NCBI GenBank assembly: GCA_958009085.1
Contig: OY253670.1
Coordinates: forward strand, 248,001-312,000
Reading direction: 5' to 3'
DNA length: 64,000 nucleotides
DNA from: Protoeuglena noctilucae
Lineage: Eukaryota
Shown: positions 62,791-64,000 of the stretch, piece by piece
How positions within the stretch are numbered: position 1 is the first letter of the stretch
How the letters are laid out: every line of letters begins with the position of its first letter
Made by a program: the position numbers and the translations under genes
The notes under the pieces: generated by a model
Databases searched by the model: none
What the model was told of the DNA's origin: nothing
Seen by the model: only the letters and a program-made list of their open reading frames with translations

Positions 62791-64000
62791 TCACGTGTGC
62801 CCCGCCGCTGCCTGCCACTCCTCGCACGTGTACTCCTGCCCGGCCACCGTGAAGCTCGCCCCCCCGTAGCACTCCAAGCTCATGCCCCTCAGGTCCTCGC
62901 CCGTCCGCCCCGACACCTCGAGCCTGCACGACTTGTACTCGTAGTCGTAGTTGTTGTACTGGTAGCTCGACACGGACACCCCCGCCGAGCCGTCCAGGTG
63001 CACGCCGTCGAGGCGCACGCGGCCGCTGGGGCCCGACGCGCAGTACACGTGGCGAGAGGAGGCCTCCATGGAGCCACCCTTGGCGTCAAAGGTCCCCGAC
63101 TGCATGTACAGGCCGTAGGTCCCGCCCTGGATGGCCACGCCCGTCGACGTGAAGCTGCCGTCGTAGTTGACGTCTACCCCGTAGTACGTATCTGCGATCG
63201 AGCCCCCCGTCATCTCCACGCTGGCCCCGGACCCCTCCACGCGCACGCCATAGTCGTAGTAGTTCTTCTGCCCGACGATGCTCGTGTCCTCCAGCGTCAT
63301 CTTGCACCCCTCCTGGCAGTACACGTGGTGCGAGGCCGACTCCCGCACCACGCTCCCGCGCAGGGAGACGGATCCGCCCTTGGCGCGCACCCCCGCGCCT
63401 CCCGTGACGCGCGCAATGTCGGCGCCCGCCACGTCCACGTGGGCACCGGCCAGGGCCGCCACGTCCACGTGGGCACCGGCCAGGGCCACCACGCCGTGTC
63501 CCGTCAGGTCGCGGAGAGTGCCGCCCCGGAACGTGACGCGCGTCTGCACCCCCACGGCCATGATGCCGTCGCGCGACCCGGCCACCTCCACCCCCTCGAG
63601 CGTCACCGTGGCGCCCCCCTCCGCCCACAGCCCCGTGCTCGCATCCTCCAGCGAGCCCCCCGTGATGGACACCGTGGCCCCCGCCGTCGCATACACGGCC
63701 GCAAACAGCGTCCCGCCCACCCGCGAGTCCCTCATCCTTAGCTCGGCGTTCTCCACGTACACGCCCCGCCCGTGCACCTCGACGTTCTCCAGCCGCAGCT
63801 GGCGGCCCCGCGCCACCTGCGATGCGGACAGCAGGACGGCCCATGAGCGAGACAGACGCATCAGGGGCGGCCGTCATTGCTGCTGACCGCGACCCCAGGC
63901 GCAGCGCTGACCTGGATGACGTAGGGGGCGTGGATGACGTTGGAGCCCTCCACTAGCCACGCCTCGGACTGGACGCGGATGATCCCATTCCTCAGCGTGA
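62791..64000 (-). CDS. Secreted beta-helix protein (copy C); 5' end outside the window
   Basis: Near-identical to copy A, plus an in-frame 30-nt tandem duplication. Confidence 0.78.

Larger units (their letters stand above)
60610..64000. repeat. Segmental duplication copy C (OPR gene + beta-helix gene), continues beyond the right edge
   Basis: Inverted match to ~28156-31515 and direct match to copy B. Confidence 0.95.

Overview
Eukaryotic, very GC-rich, intron-dense nuclear DNA, most consistent with a green alga (plastid-type HisG and MnmG with transit-peptide-like N-termini, OPR proteins). I can reconstruct about 21 spliced loci: a TmcB-like membrane protein (partial), Derlin, SIZ1-like SUMO ligase, RTEL1, ATP phosphoribosyltransferase, FAN1, CIA30-family protein, PRP38, Oxa1/YidC insertase, an E2 enzyme, CTP synthase, a tandem-PAS/LOV kinase, an ARL2BP/BART protein, MnmG/GidA, four secreted beta-helix loci and three OPR loci. 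Four things stand out. (1) A phototropin-like LOV-LOV-kinase whose LOV motifs are degenerate and whose kinase is SNF1/AMPK-type rather than AGC. (2) A near-identical OPR + beta-helix two-gene cassette present three times (one inverted, two direct copies bracketing MnmG), all carrying the same OPR frameshift. (3) At least 16 GC-AG introns. (4) Strict strand alternation over 17 consecutive loci. Exon boundaries were read by eye and family calls come from remembered motifs, not database searches.
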